From Scenedesmus sp. PABB004 (taxonomy: Eukaryota), in assembly GCA_014905635.1 (NCBI GenBank), contig JABVCE010000002.1, forward strand, positions 806,001 through 870,000: a stretch of DNA of 64,000 nucleotides, given 5' to 3'. The notes under the pieces are model-generated. The model was not told the origin of the DNA. It did not search any database and worked only from the letters and a program-made list of their open reading frames with translations. Below are positions 11,579 through 21,927 of this stretch, piece after piece (the first letter of the stretch is position 1; the number at the start of each line of letters is the position of its first letter). Both the position numbers and the translations under genes were made by a program.

Positions 11579-13015
11579 ATGAGTTCCGCGGCTACTCTGG
11601 CCGTGCTGGGCCTGATCGTCGTCGCGGGTGCGCGATGGCACTCGCGCGCGCGGGAGGCGCGCCCCAGCCGACCGCCAGCTCCCCCTGCGCCGCACCGCGC
11701 ACGAACGGAGCGATTCGACAAGCCGCCGCCGCTGCCGCACCGCCCGCGCAGGTGCCGCGGACGCCGCCGCGGCCGCCGCCCACCGCAAGCTCGCGAGCTT
11801 CGGCGCCGACGACGTGGCCGCGTTCGCCGCGGTCGGCCAGGCCGGCGTGACGGCGGGCATGGGCGCGAGCTACGTGTCCAAGGAGGTCGCGTACGCGCAC
11901 GCCAAAGAGGCGCGCGCCGCGTACAAGGCGCACAAGCGCGTCGCGGCGGAGGTGGAGGAGGCGCTGCACCACGCGGAGAAGTACGCCGACAACCCGGTCA
12001 AGGCCGCCAAGGCCGCGAAGCGCGACGCCGAGGACATCGCCGACGCGGTCGCGGAGGCCAAGGAGATCAAGGTCAAGGCCAAGCTGCGGTCGATGAAGAT
12101 CGTGGCCAAGTCCCTCGCCAAGGCTGTGCCCGACGGCCTCGCCGCCGGCGGCGCGGCCGCACTCGCGGTCAGCTCGGCGGCGCTGCGCGACGCGTCCGCC
12201 TTCCCGCCGCTCCTCGCGGGCATCGCGCCTGCGGTGCTGCCGCCGCTCGCGGCCGGCTTTGGCGCCGGGCCCGCCGGCGCGGCCGCCGCGCTCGGCGGGC
12301 TGGCGCGCGCGGTGAGCAGCGCGGTCGCCGGCCGCTTCGGCCTCGACGGCCCCGGCCTGCTCGCGGGGCGCGTCGCCGACCTGCTGCCCCCGTCGCTGCT
12401 GGCCGGCGTGGGCGACGCCGACGTCGACCTCGCGCTCCCCGCCGGCGCGCTCGGGGCGGCGCGTTTGACGGCCTCGCCGGCGTCGTGGCCAACATGCCGC
12501 CCGAGGTCGTCAACGCCGTCGCCGGCTTCCTGGCCGGTGCGCGCGGGCGCGCAGCGCGTGCGGGCCCTGGGCGGGCGGGGCGCTCGCTGCGGCGGCATGC
12601 TGCACCTCCCGCCGCCGCCGCTCCCGCCGCCGCACCGACGCCGATGCTGCCGCCGCCGACCCCGCCGCGCGCAGGCGGCGCCTCGCCCCTGAGCCTGCCC
12701 AACCCGAGCCGCTTCCCCAACCCCTCTGCGCCGCCGGCGCTCGGGCCCAAGGACCTCTTCATGCTGCCCGTGGAGGCGGCCAAGACGCTGCTCGCCGGCC
12801 TGGTGGGTCAGATGAAGGCCGGCGGCGCGCCCTTCAACGACCGCGGCCTCAACCTGCCCGACCTGCCGCCCGCGGGCGTGCCGCTGCCGCTCGGCGACCT
12901 CGGGAGCCTGCTCGGCGTGCTGCCGCGCCCCGACCTGCTCAGCGTGTTCCGTCAGCTGCCCGAGGGGCCCCTGGCCGGCCTGCTCGCCGCGCTCCCGCTG
13001 GGCCTGGAGGCGTGA
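11579..13015 (+). CDS. Secreted Ala/Lys-rich then Pro/Leu/Gly-rich hypothetical protein; apparent 1-bp frameshift near 12453
   Basis: Signal peptide MSSAATLAVLGLIVVAG, an RKL motif, a helical KEARAAYKAHKR...KAKLR segment and a Pro-rich tail. Introns ~11628-11751 and ~12537-12674. Confidence 0.7.
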   Translation: MSSAATLAVLGLIVVAGARWHSRAREARPSRPPAPPAPHRARTERFDKPPPLPHRPRRCRGRRRGRRPPQARELRRRRRGRVRRGRPGRRDGGHGRELRVQGGRVRARQRGARRVQGAQARRGGGGGGAAPRGEVRRQPGQGRQGREARRRGHRRRGRGGQGDQGQGQAAVDEDRGQVPRQGCARRPRRRRRGRTRGQLGGAARRVRLPAAPRGHRACGAAAARGRLWRRARRRGRRARRAGARGEQRGRRPLRPRRPRPARGARRRPAAPVAAGRRGRRRRRPRAPRRRARGGAFDGLAGVVANMPPEVVNAVAGFLAGARGRAARAGPGRAGRSLRRHAAPPAAAAPAAAPTPMLPPPTPPRAGGASPLSLPNPSRFPNPSAPPALGPKDLFMLPVEAAKTLLAGLVGQMKAGGAPFNDRGLNLPDLPPAGVPLPLGDLGSLLGVLPRPDLLSVFRQLPEGPLAGLLAALPLGLEA

Positions 13016-13630
13016 TCACGCCTCCCTCATGAAGGGAGGGGCTGCGTCGCACGCGCGCACGAGGGCTGGCCCTGCAAGTGGGGCCCCACCCCCGGGGACA
13101 GTGGCGGACTGCGCGCGATCGGCGTGATCAATAAACGTTTGACGCGCGCCGGCGACGGCGCACGCTGCGGAGGGCTGCGAACGCCCTCGCGCAAACGTAG
13201 CATGTGGCTGCCCCGCCTGTGACGGCGGAGGGCCTGCTGCACCAAGCAGGCGCGGGGGTGCACCGCGGGAGGTGACGTTTACCCGTCTCGAGCCTTGTCC
13301 CACCTCGCTGCGGCAAGCGAGGTCAGCTGGGGAAGCGCCGCAGCGCCGCCCAGGGCAGCACTGAGCTGCAGCTGCAGCAGAGCCAGCCCCGAGCGCGAGC
13401 CCAAAATCTGTACAGCGGCGGCCCGCCGGCGCCCGCCGCGCCCGCTGCGCGCCAGCACGAGGCGGCAGCTGGCGCCCGGCATCATAATACCAGCGGCTTC
13501 TACTACTCGCACAGTGGCCGGCCCAGCTGCCGCGCCGTGCGCCGGCGCCCGGCCTGGGAGCCCGGCGGCGCGGCACGCGCGCCCGGCTGCCCCGCCTGCC
13601 TGCTCTGCTCCGTCGCCGCGGCCGCCGCTC

Positions 13631-15459
13631 CTACTGCTTTTTGCTGCTGCTGAACAGCGACGACAGCAGGCCCTTGCGCTCGCCGCGCGCGGGCTTGGCA
13701 GTCCAAGCGTCGCGGCCGCCCTTCAGGTCGGCCACGACCACAGCGACGTTGTCGGTCGTGTATCGCCGCAGCGCGATGTCGACCAGCGCCGCCGCCACCT
13801 CCTGCGCGTCCTTGCCGCCCCGGAACTGCTGCCTGCGGCGCGCACACACACGCGCGGGCGGCGGCGGCGGCGGCGCGGCGGCGGCGCGTCAGGCGGGCGC
13901 CCGCCGCCGCGCGCCGCGGCCGCGCATGCGCCAGCGCCCCGCGCTCGCGCCGCACCGTGCGAAGCGCACGGCGTCGGGCGGGGGCATGCAGTCCCAGAGC
14001 CCGTCCGTGGCGATGACCAGGAACTCATCGGTCAGGCCGTCCAGGTCCAGGACCGCCACATCAGGCACCGGGATCACCGGGTCGGCCGTGAACGTGTGCT
14101 TCGCCGCAAAGTCGCGCGGCCAGCTGCCCTTCTCGGCGCCCTCCGCCAGCAGCACCGCGAGGCCTTCGCCCTGCGGCGCCCGCGGCGCGGCGCTGCGCTT
14201 GGCGCGCTGCGCTGGGCGCGCGGCGCCGGTGCTCGCTGCTGCCGCTCGCCGCGCGGTGGCTGCCGCGCGCGCCACCGCGCGCGCCGCCGGCGCGTCACCT
14301 TGAACTCAGGGTCTCCAAACGCGCGCGACACGGCGAGCACGTTGCACACGCGCCCGTCCACGATCCAGCCGCCCGCCGCCTCCACGCGCTCCACCTCCTC
14401 CAGCACGTGGTCCCCGAGGCCGTACACGCGGTGCTGGCTCGTCAGCGTCACCGCGACGCCGTTCCTGCGCGCCGGGCGCGCGGCGCGCGTGGGGCCGCGG
14501 CGGGCGCGGGGCGTGGGCCGCGGGCGCGCCGGCCGCGGCCCAGGCGGCCGCGCGGCGGGCGCCGCCACACCTGCACAGCACCGCGAGGCTGTCGCCGAGG
14601 CTGGCGAAGACCGCGCGCTGCGGGTGCACCAGTGCCACGGTGCCGGTGGCGCCCGACGCCCCTGTCACGCGGCCCTTCTTCTCTGCGGCGCGCGCGGCAT
14701 GCGCACGGGCGCGCGCGGCGCGTGGGCGCGGGGGCGGCAGCGCTGCGGCGCCGCCGGTGGCCCAGCTGCCCCGCAGACCGCCCGCCCGCCCGCCCGGCCG
14801 CCCGCCCGGCCGCCCGCCCGCCCGCCCGCCCGCCCGCCCGCCCGCCGCGCGCACCCAGCAGGTAGGCGAGCAGCTCGTCGTCCGCCTGCTGGAAGACCTT
14901 GCCCAGCAGCTGCTCCGCGCGGCGCGACCGCACGACGCCCGGCCGCCCCGGCACGGGCGCGGCGTCGGGGTCGGGCGCGAGCAGGCGCGCGTCGACGCAG
15001 CGCAGCACGTCGTCGTACAGGTGCTCCACCAGCCACTCCGCCGACGCCGTGCCGCCGTGGCCGTCAAACACGGCTGCGCGCGCGCCGCGCCGGCCGTGGG
15101 GGTGCGCGTCGGTGCGGGGCGGCGCCCGCCGCCGGCGCGGCGGGGCCGGGACGCGCCGCGGCCCAGATCTCGCGCGTCGGGCGCGGAGGCGCGCGCCGGC
15201 GCGCACCGGCGTAGGTGAAGCCCGCCTTGGCGTCTACCTCGACGCGCAGCTCGTCCTCCATCGTGGGCCGCGGCCCCTGGGCGCACGCGGAGCCCCAGCT
15301 GAGCCCCGCGCAGGCCTTGGCGACCGCGCCCTGCTGCTGCTGCTGCGCTGCCGCTGCCGCCGCCCGCGGCGCGGCGCCCGCCAGGCGCGCGGGCGCGCCG
15401 GCAGGCCGCCGGGCACCGCCCGCGGCCACGCCCGGCCGCAGGCGGGGCCGCAGCAGCAT
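13631..15459 (-). CDS. PPH1: Chloroplast PP2C phosphatase, PPH1/TAP38 (LHCII phosphatase) orthologue; multi-exon
   Basis: WGSACAQGPRPTMED, AVFDGHGG, LGDS, HRVYG...EVERVEAAGGWIVDGRVC, VSRAFGD, ATDGLWD, DNVAVVVADL. The LLAEGAEKGSW...F insert resembles the TAP38-specific flap region. Transit-like N-terminus. Confidence 0.85.
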
Positions 15460-15818
15460 CTGGCGCGCGGGCCTCCGCCCTCGCGGTGCCGCCTGCTGCG
15501 GTGCCTACGCGGTGCACGTGCGCCTGCGTCGTGTCGTGGTCGTGGAAGGGTGCTCCGCGGCGATCACGTGCGGTGCCCGTCGTAGGCCCTCGTGGATGGC
15601 CCCCGGGGCTTTGCGCCAAAAATCGCACACATAGCGCCTCGCCCCGCCCTCCCGCTCGGCACTCCGGCACTCCGTCACGCACGGTGCGCCTCCCCGCGAC
15701 CCTTAGGCAGCGCGCAGACGCCCACCGGCGCGCACCACCCGGCGCTCCGGCGCGAACGCGCAGGGGGCGGGCTCCGGGGCGCAGCCAGCACGCTCACGCA
15801 GCGAGACACATCGCCGGG

Positions 15819-17000
15819 ATGGCCCACGCTGGCGACGGCGGGCCGGGGGGCCGCGCGGCGCTGGCGGCGGCGGCGAGCGCCGCCGCGCCGCAGCGCCACC
15901 CCCACGCCACGCAGCACCCCATGGGCGGCGTCCTGGTGCGCTCCCCCAGCGCTTGGGCGCAGCGGCAGCGCTTGCGCCGCGCCGGCGCGGCCGCCGCGGC
16001 CCGACCGCTGCTGCTCGGGCGCCCGACCGCCGCCCGACCACCGCCGCCGCACAGGAGGAGGGCTGCCACGTCGTGCACCTGCCGCCGCCCGTGGACGACG
16101 TGGAGGTCACGGTCGCGACGGACGAGCCGACGAAGGGCGCGGTGGAGGCCGACCTCGCGCGCATCGAGTCGCGCCCGGAGGGCCCGCTGCGCCGCTACCT
16201 CGACAAGATGCGCGGCGGCATCGACACCCCGGCGCCCTTCCCCACCCTGCAGGACGCCGCGGTCTCCTGGCTCGGCGCGTTCCTCGGGTGCGATGGCGCG
16301 ACGGCGCGCCGGCGCCGCGCGCGGCGCGCAGGCTTGCCGCCCCGCCCGCCCCGCCCCACAGTTGACCACCCGCCCGCCCGCCCGCCTGCACCCGCCCGCC
16401 CCGCCCGGCCGCCCTGCCGCAGCATCCTGCTGCTGAGCGTGACGGACTTCTTCCTCTGGCGCGACCACGGCTTCCACGTGCTCGTCGCGAGCTTTGGCGC
16501 GAGCGCGGTGCTCCTCTTCGGCGTCCCCGAGTCAAAGCTCTCGCAGCCGCGCAACCTCGTCGGTGCGGCGCGGGCCCGAGCGGCGGCGGCAGCGCCGGCG
16601 CGCGCGGCGACGCGCAACGCGCGCGCCCCCCCCCCCCCCCCCCCGGGCCGCCGCTCCCGACCCCGCGCCCCCGCGCCGCCGCCGCCGCCGCCGCCGCGCA
16701 GGCGGGCAGATCGTGAGCGCGGTCGTGGGCGTGTGCGTGCGTCTCGCGCTCGACCGCGTGCAGTGGCTCGCCAACGCGGTGGGCATGAGCCTCGCGCTGC
16801 TCGCGATGCAGCTCACGCGCACGACGCACCCGCCCGGCGGCGCGACCGCGCTCATCGCGTGCTCCATGGCCGCGCTCCCGCCGTGGCACGGGTTCCAGCT
16901 CGTGCTCGCGGTCGCGCTCGGCTGCGCGGAGCTGCTCGCCGTCACGCTGCTCGTGTCCAACCTGCACAAGGGCCGCGCGTACCCCACGTTCTGGTGGTGA
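15819..17000 (+). CDS. HPP-family integral membrane protein (family includes plastid/cyanobacterial nitrite transporters); about 4 exons
   Basis: SFGASAVLLFGVPESKLSQPRNLVGGQ and MQLTRTTHPPGGATAL signature; C-terminal YPTFWW. Confidence 0.9.
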
Positions 17001-17854
17001 CGATGACCGGCACGGAGCGCGCGGGCTTGTCTGCGCCCGACTTGTTTGCCTTGTTTCCCCCCTAGCCCCACTGCTACTTTGCCGCTGCATCCTGTGTGCG
17101 AGGCGCGCGCTTGTACATGCCGGCTGCCGACCGATTGGGTGTGCACGCCAGGGCCGTCCGCTGCCCGCCGCCCCCCGCGGCGGCGCGGGGGCCCACTTTT
17201 GCTGCTTGTCCCCCGCCCTTGCGGGCGGGGCCCTAGAGCATCGCGCCCTGGGGGTGCGTGCGCCTGAGCTTGGTGACGTTGCGTGTGCGGCGGCTCGCGC
17301 ATACGGCCGGCCGTCGTCGTCGCGGGGGTGTCGTTCGTTCGCGCGCGGAGACGCTGTGCACGGGGGTGGGGGTGGTGGCGGGGCGCAGTTTTGCGAGAGT
17401 GGCGGCGAAAAGGCCCCCGACGACAGATTCAGTGACAGCGGCGTCACCCGCCGGACCGCCGGCGGCGTAACACGAGAGACGCGTACAGCGGCCCCCAGAG
17501 CGGCGCAGAGCGCGCGTGACTGCGACCAGCGTGGCTGCGACCAGCTCGCGGGCTGGGCACGCACACGCAGCAGCAGCAGCATCCGCTCTTCCCGGCCCCC
17601 ACCGCCCGTGCCGTGCCGCGGCCGTCGACATCGCAGCGCCCCAGCCCTGCAGCGGCAAGTCAGGAGCTCAGGGGGCCGGGCGGTCAGGGCAGCGGGGCGA
17701 GCCCCGCGCGGCAGCGGCGGCGACGCCAGCGGCGCCGCCGCTGCGTCGCCTCCCTGGCCTCCCTGCGCGGCGTTGGCCGCAGCCCAGCGGCACATCAGCT
17801 CATCAGCACACGGCAACGCGGCCTGGCGAGTCTCCCGAGCCTCCCTGAGCCAGC

Positions 17855-20216
17855 ATGCGTGGCGCGGCGCACGACGGCGGCGCGCCGCTCACGCCGGCGG
17901 TGTGGGTGGTGCTCTGGATCTCGCTCTCGGCGGGCTACGTGATCGGCTGCTGCGAGGCGCTGAACATCGTCAGGTGCGCGGGCAGCAGGCCGCGCCACTG
18001 GGGAGCGCCTGGTGCGCCCCCGCCGAGCGCTTGCGACCTGGTGCCGCAGGCTCATGTCGCCGCACTTCATGTCATTCTTCTTTGCCACCGGCGAGGTCGG
18101 GGTGGACGAGGTGGTCGCGCTCACGGACCAGCGCGCCGCGGCCGCGGCGGCGCCGTGGTGCGTCGGCGTCGTGTACGACCGCGCGGCGTGGTTTGCCGCC
18201 GTCGCGACGGCTGCGTCGGTGGTCGGCGCGCTCGCCGCGGCCTGGACGAGCTGCGCGTACGGCCGGCGCGCGAGCTGCTGGGTCGGCACGTGCCTGGTCG
18301 TCGCGGGGGCGGCGCTGCAGGCGGCGGCGTGGCACGTCCCCCAGCTGGCGACAGGCGTCGTGCTCGTCGGCGTCGGCACGGGCGGCATGTGGCAGGCGCG
18401 GCGGCGGCGGCGGCGCGGCGCGCGGCGCGGGCCCTCGCGCGCGCCCCGCCAGCACGCCCCCGCCGGCCGCGCTGCCGCGCCGAAACCAGGCTGTCCTGCT
18501 TGAGGACGTTGAGATAGCCCCAGTGCACCAGCGCGGCCTGTTCACGTCGATCCAGCAGCTCGGCTTCTTCTCAGGCACGGCCCCCGCGCACACGGCCCCC
18601 GCGCACGTGCGGCCCCGTGGCGTGCTCGCCGCGCACGTGGGCCGGCCCGCCCACCCCCGGGCGCCGCGGCGTGCCTCGGCGCTGCGCGGCGCCCGCAGGG
18701 TTCATGCTCATTGTTGGCCTGCACCTCTACGCGCCGCTGAGCTCGATTCACAACGCCTGGCGCCTGCTCATGGTCGCGGGCTCCTGGCCAGCCGTGGCAA
18801 TGCTGCTCCTCCTGCCTTGGATGCACGAGGTGCGCGCGCGTGCGCGCCAACGCCGCCGCCGGCGCAGCGTGGCGGAGCCGCTGCCGGCGAGCTCGCCGGG
18901 CTGGCCGCACGCGTCGCCCCGCAGACGCCGAGCAGCCTCATACAGCGCGGCAAGCTCGTCGAGGGCCAGGAAGCGCTGCGCGCACTCCGGGTGCGCCGCG
19001 GCTGGCGGAGTGGCTGCGGGCTGGCGTCTGCCGGCTGGCTGGCGGGCTGCCCTGACCGCCCTGCCCCGCCCGCCGCCGGCCGGCCGCGAGTGCAGGGGGA
19101 GCTGTATCCCCACGTGCACCAGGACTCGATGGACATCTGGGTGGCCGCGGGGCGGCCGACGCGCGAGCACACGGCGCGGGGCCTGCGGCTGCACTGGGTC
19201 GTGCGCCAGTGGCGGCTGCTCTGGCGGCGCGAGCAGGCGCCGCCGCTGCTCGTGGTCGGCCTGGTCACGCTCTTCATATGGTTTGCAGGTCAGTGGGGGG
19301 CGCGGCGCGAGTGCGCCTGGCGCGCCGCCGCGCGCGCGTCGGCGTCACCCCCGCCCGCCCGCTGTCGCGCCCACCTCCCCAAACCTTGCAACCTCTCTCT
19401 CAGACTCCACCTGGAAGAGCCCGAGCGGCCCGATCGTCATGCACGCGGTGTTTGGGCCTCGCCTGTACGTCGTCCGAGAAGTGGTCTTCTGCGCGGCCAC
19501 GCTCGCGGGTGCGGCCGCGCCGCCGCGCTGGCGCACGCCCCCGCGCCGCCGCGCTGGCGGCATCCAGCCTGCGCCGCCGCCGCGGTGCCGCAGCCGCCGT
19601 CGCGGGGTCGCTGCTCGTCGACCGCGTCGGGCGGCGCCCGCTGCTGCTCGCGAGCGCGCTGGCCGGCGCGGTGAGCTGCGGGGGCATGTCGCTGCTGCTG
19701 GGCCTCGCGGCGTCGCCGGCCAGCAGCACCGCGCTGCGGGTGCTGGTGGTGGTGCTGAACACGTTGCGCCTGGTGAGAGCGCGGGCTGCGGGCGCCGCGT
19801 GTGCCACTGGGCGCTGCACGCGCGCGGGCCCGCGCCGCGCGCGACGTCGCCGCGCGCCCGCCGCGCAGGCTGCCGCGGGCCTCGCCTGGCCGGTCTGGCT
19901 CTGCCTCGCGGCGGAGAATTTCACGCTGCCCGTGCGCAGCGCGGCGGTGGCGCTCATGCTCGCGCTGGGCCTGTGCGCCCAGTGCGCCACGCTCGCGCTG
20001 AGCGGCGAGATCTGGTGCGCCACGCGGTGGGTGACGTTTGCCGTCAAGGCATGCTGCAACGCCGCCAAGCTGGCGCTGGGCTGGCTCCTCATGCCAGAGA
20101 CGGCGTGCCTGTCAGAGCCGGCAGTGAGCGCCGCCTGGCGGCAGCACTGGCTCTGGCGCCGCTGGTACGCGCGCTTCGAGCACCCTGCAGCGCAGGACAG
20201 CCTGGACGCTGGCTGA
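17855..20216 (+). CDS. Divergent MFS sugar-porter family transporter (HUP/STP-like); multi-exon
   Basis: YGRR, EIAPVHQRGLFTSIQQL, AWRL, ETPSSLIQRG, DRVGRRPLL, AENFTLPVRSAA, LMPET, WRQHWLWRRW. Confidence 0.8.
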
Positions 20217-20306
20217 GATCAGCTCAGCACTCCCTCCCGGGCCGCAGCTTAGCATCGTGGCAGCAGAAGCAGCTCAGCAGCTCGCCAGCTCAGCAGCAGC
20301 TCAACA

Positions 20307-21299
20307 GCGCCATCCACAGCTACAAGGAGAAGCAGCTCGCCAAGGGCGCGCCCGCGGACAAGCCCGCGGCGGTGTCGCCGCACTTCAAGCGCGGGTGCGG
20401 CGCGGCGCGGCGCGGCGGTGCGGCGCAGCGCGTGCGCCGCTGCCCGCGGCCCGCGGTCGCGCGCCGACCCCTGCCGCCGCGGCGCGGCGTGCCGCAGGCT
20501 CGCGCTCGCCGGCATCGTCGCGAGCAGCGCGGCGTACGTGACGGGCAAGCTCGCGGCGCTCGTGGGCAAGGCGAGCTACGCGACCGCGATCGCCATCGCG
20601 CGCAGCCTGCCGGGGCACGGCAAGGCGCGCAAGGCCGAGGGCGAGCTGGTGAGCGCAGAGGAGCGCAGCGTGCTGCACACCGTCGGCGCGGCGGGGCTGG
20701 TCGCGTTTGTCGACGTCTACGACGCGCTCGAGGCGGCCGCGGGCGTGGTGCTCGCGCAGAGCGCCGAGGCGACGCAGCAGTACATGGCCTACAAGTGAGC
20801 CCCCGCGCGCCGGCTGCGCACCGAGGGCGGGGAGGCGCGCGGGGTGGGGCGGGGGGCGCGCCGCCTGGCGCGCGCGCGCTGGGCCGTGGGGCTGCTGAGC
20901 GGCGCGGCCTGACGCCGGCCGCCGCGCCGCGCGCGCAGGTACGGCGCCGAGGCGGGCGAGGCGGCCGCGGCGTCGGTGCCGGTCGCGCAGGACATGCTCG
21001 CCGCGACGATGAACTTTTCGCGCCTGGGCGCGCGCGCGTTTGTGAGCAAGACGGCCAAGAAGACGGCGAGCGCCTACCTCAAGAGCACCGTCGCGGGCGT
21101 GCCACTGGAGCAGCAGGCCGCCGGCGCGCGGCACCCGGCGACGCTCGCGGCGCAGGCGCCGCCGGGCGCTCAGGCGGCGCCGGCGCCGCCCGGCCCCGCG
21201 CGTGCCGGGCCGAGCAGCAGCAACCTGCTGGCGAGCCCCTACCCGGCGGGCACGGCGGCGGCGGCCGTGGCGACGGCCGCCGCGGCGGCGCCGTCCTAG
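20307..21299 (+). pseudogene. 5'-truncated copy of the ERD7/spartin-like gene (end of one exon plus the last two exons, introns retained)
   Basis: AIHSYKEKQ...YMAYK|YGAEAGEA...AAAAAPS* matches the gene at 29997-31991. No start codon or 5' exons. Confidence 0.8.
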
Positions 21300-21881
21300 G
21301 GGCGAGCGGCGAGCGGCGAGCGGGGGCGGCGGCCGCTGCAAGAACGCGGCGCGGGCTCGGCCGGCGGCCAAACGGAACGACGGCGCGCGTGTGCGCGCGT
21401 GAACGAGTGCGACGCGGGGGGCTGGCTGCAGCTGTGGTGACAGACGTTGCACCGAGGCCTGCGAGTGCAGCGGCCGCGGGCGCTGGGGGCGTCGGCGCGG
21501 CGCTGCAGCGGGCGGCTGGCTGGCTGCGGCGGCCGGCGCGGCGAGCTGCAGCCCTGGGGCCCAGCACTTGGCGCCGCCCGCGGGTCGAGAAACCACGCCC
21601 TGGTGCCGAGCGAGTCGACCGGCGGAGGTTAGGATTGACAGGCGCGTCACACCCGTCGTTCGCGCGCGCAGGCGGTCAAGGCCGCTGCCGCCGCCCGCTG
21701 CACCAGAGTGCTGCGCAGCGCGCCAGCCAGCGAGGCGGCACAGCGCCGCGACTGTGCGCCCACCTCGCCAGACCCCCTGCTGTGCGAGGGCGAGGGCCCT
21801 ACTACGCGCTGCCGTCCAAGCGACGCCGCCCAGGGCCCCCGCACCGCACGCGTCGTCGATCGGCCCTGCAGCGGCCCGTTC
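20307..21881 (+). repeat. Left arm of a ~1.58 kb inverted duplication (partner 29421-31003)
   Basis: Reverse complement of 29421-31003 with a few SNPs and indels. Boundaries read directly: GCGCCATCCACAGC at one end, GCGGCCCGTTC at the other. Confidence 0.95.
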
Positions 21882-21927
21882 GTCCGCACTGCGCTTCTCG
21901 CGCGTGCCCCGCCCGGGCCTGCCACGC

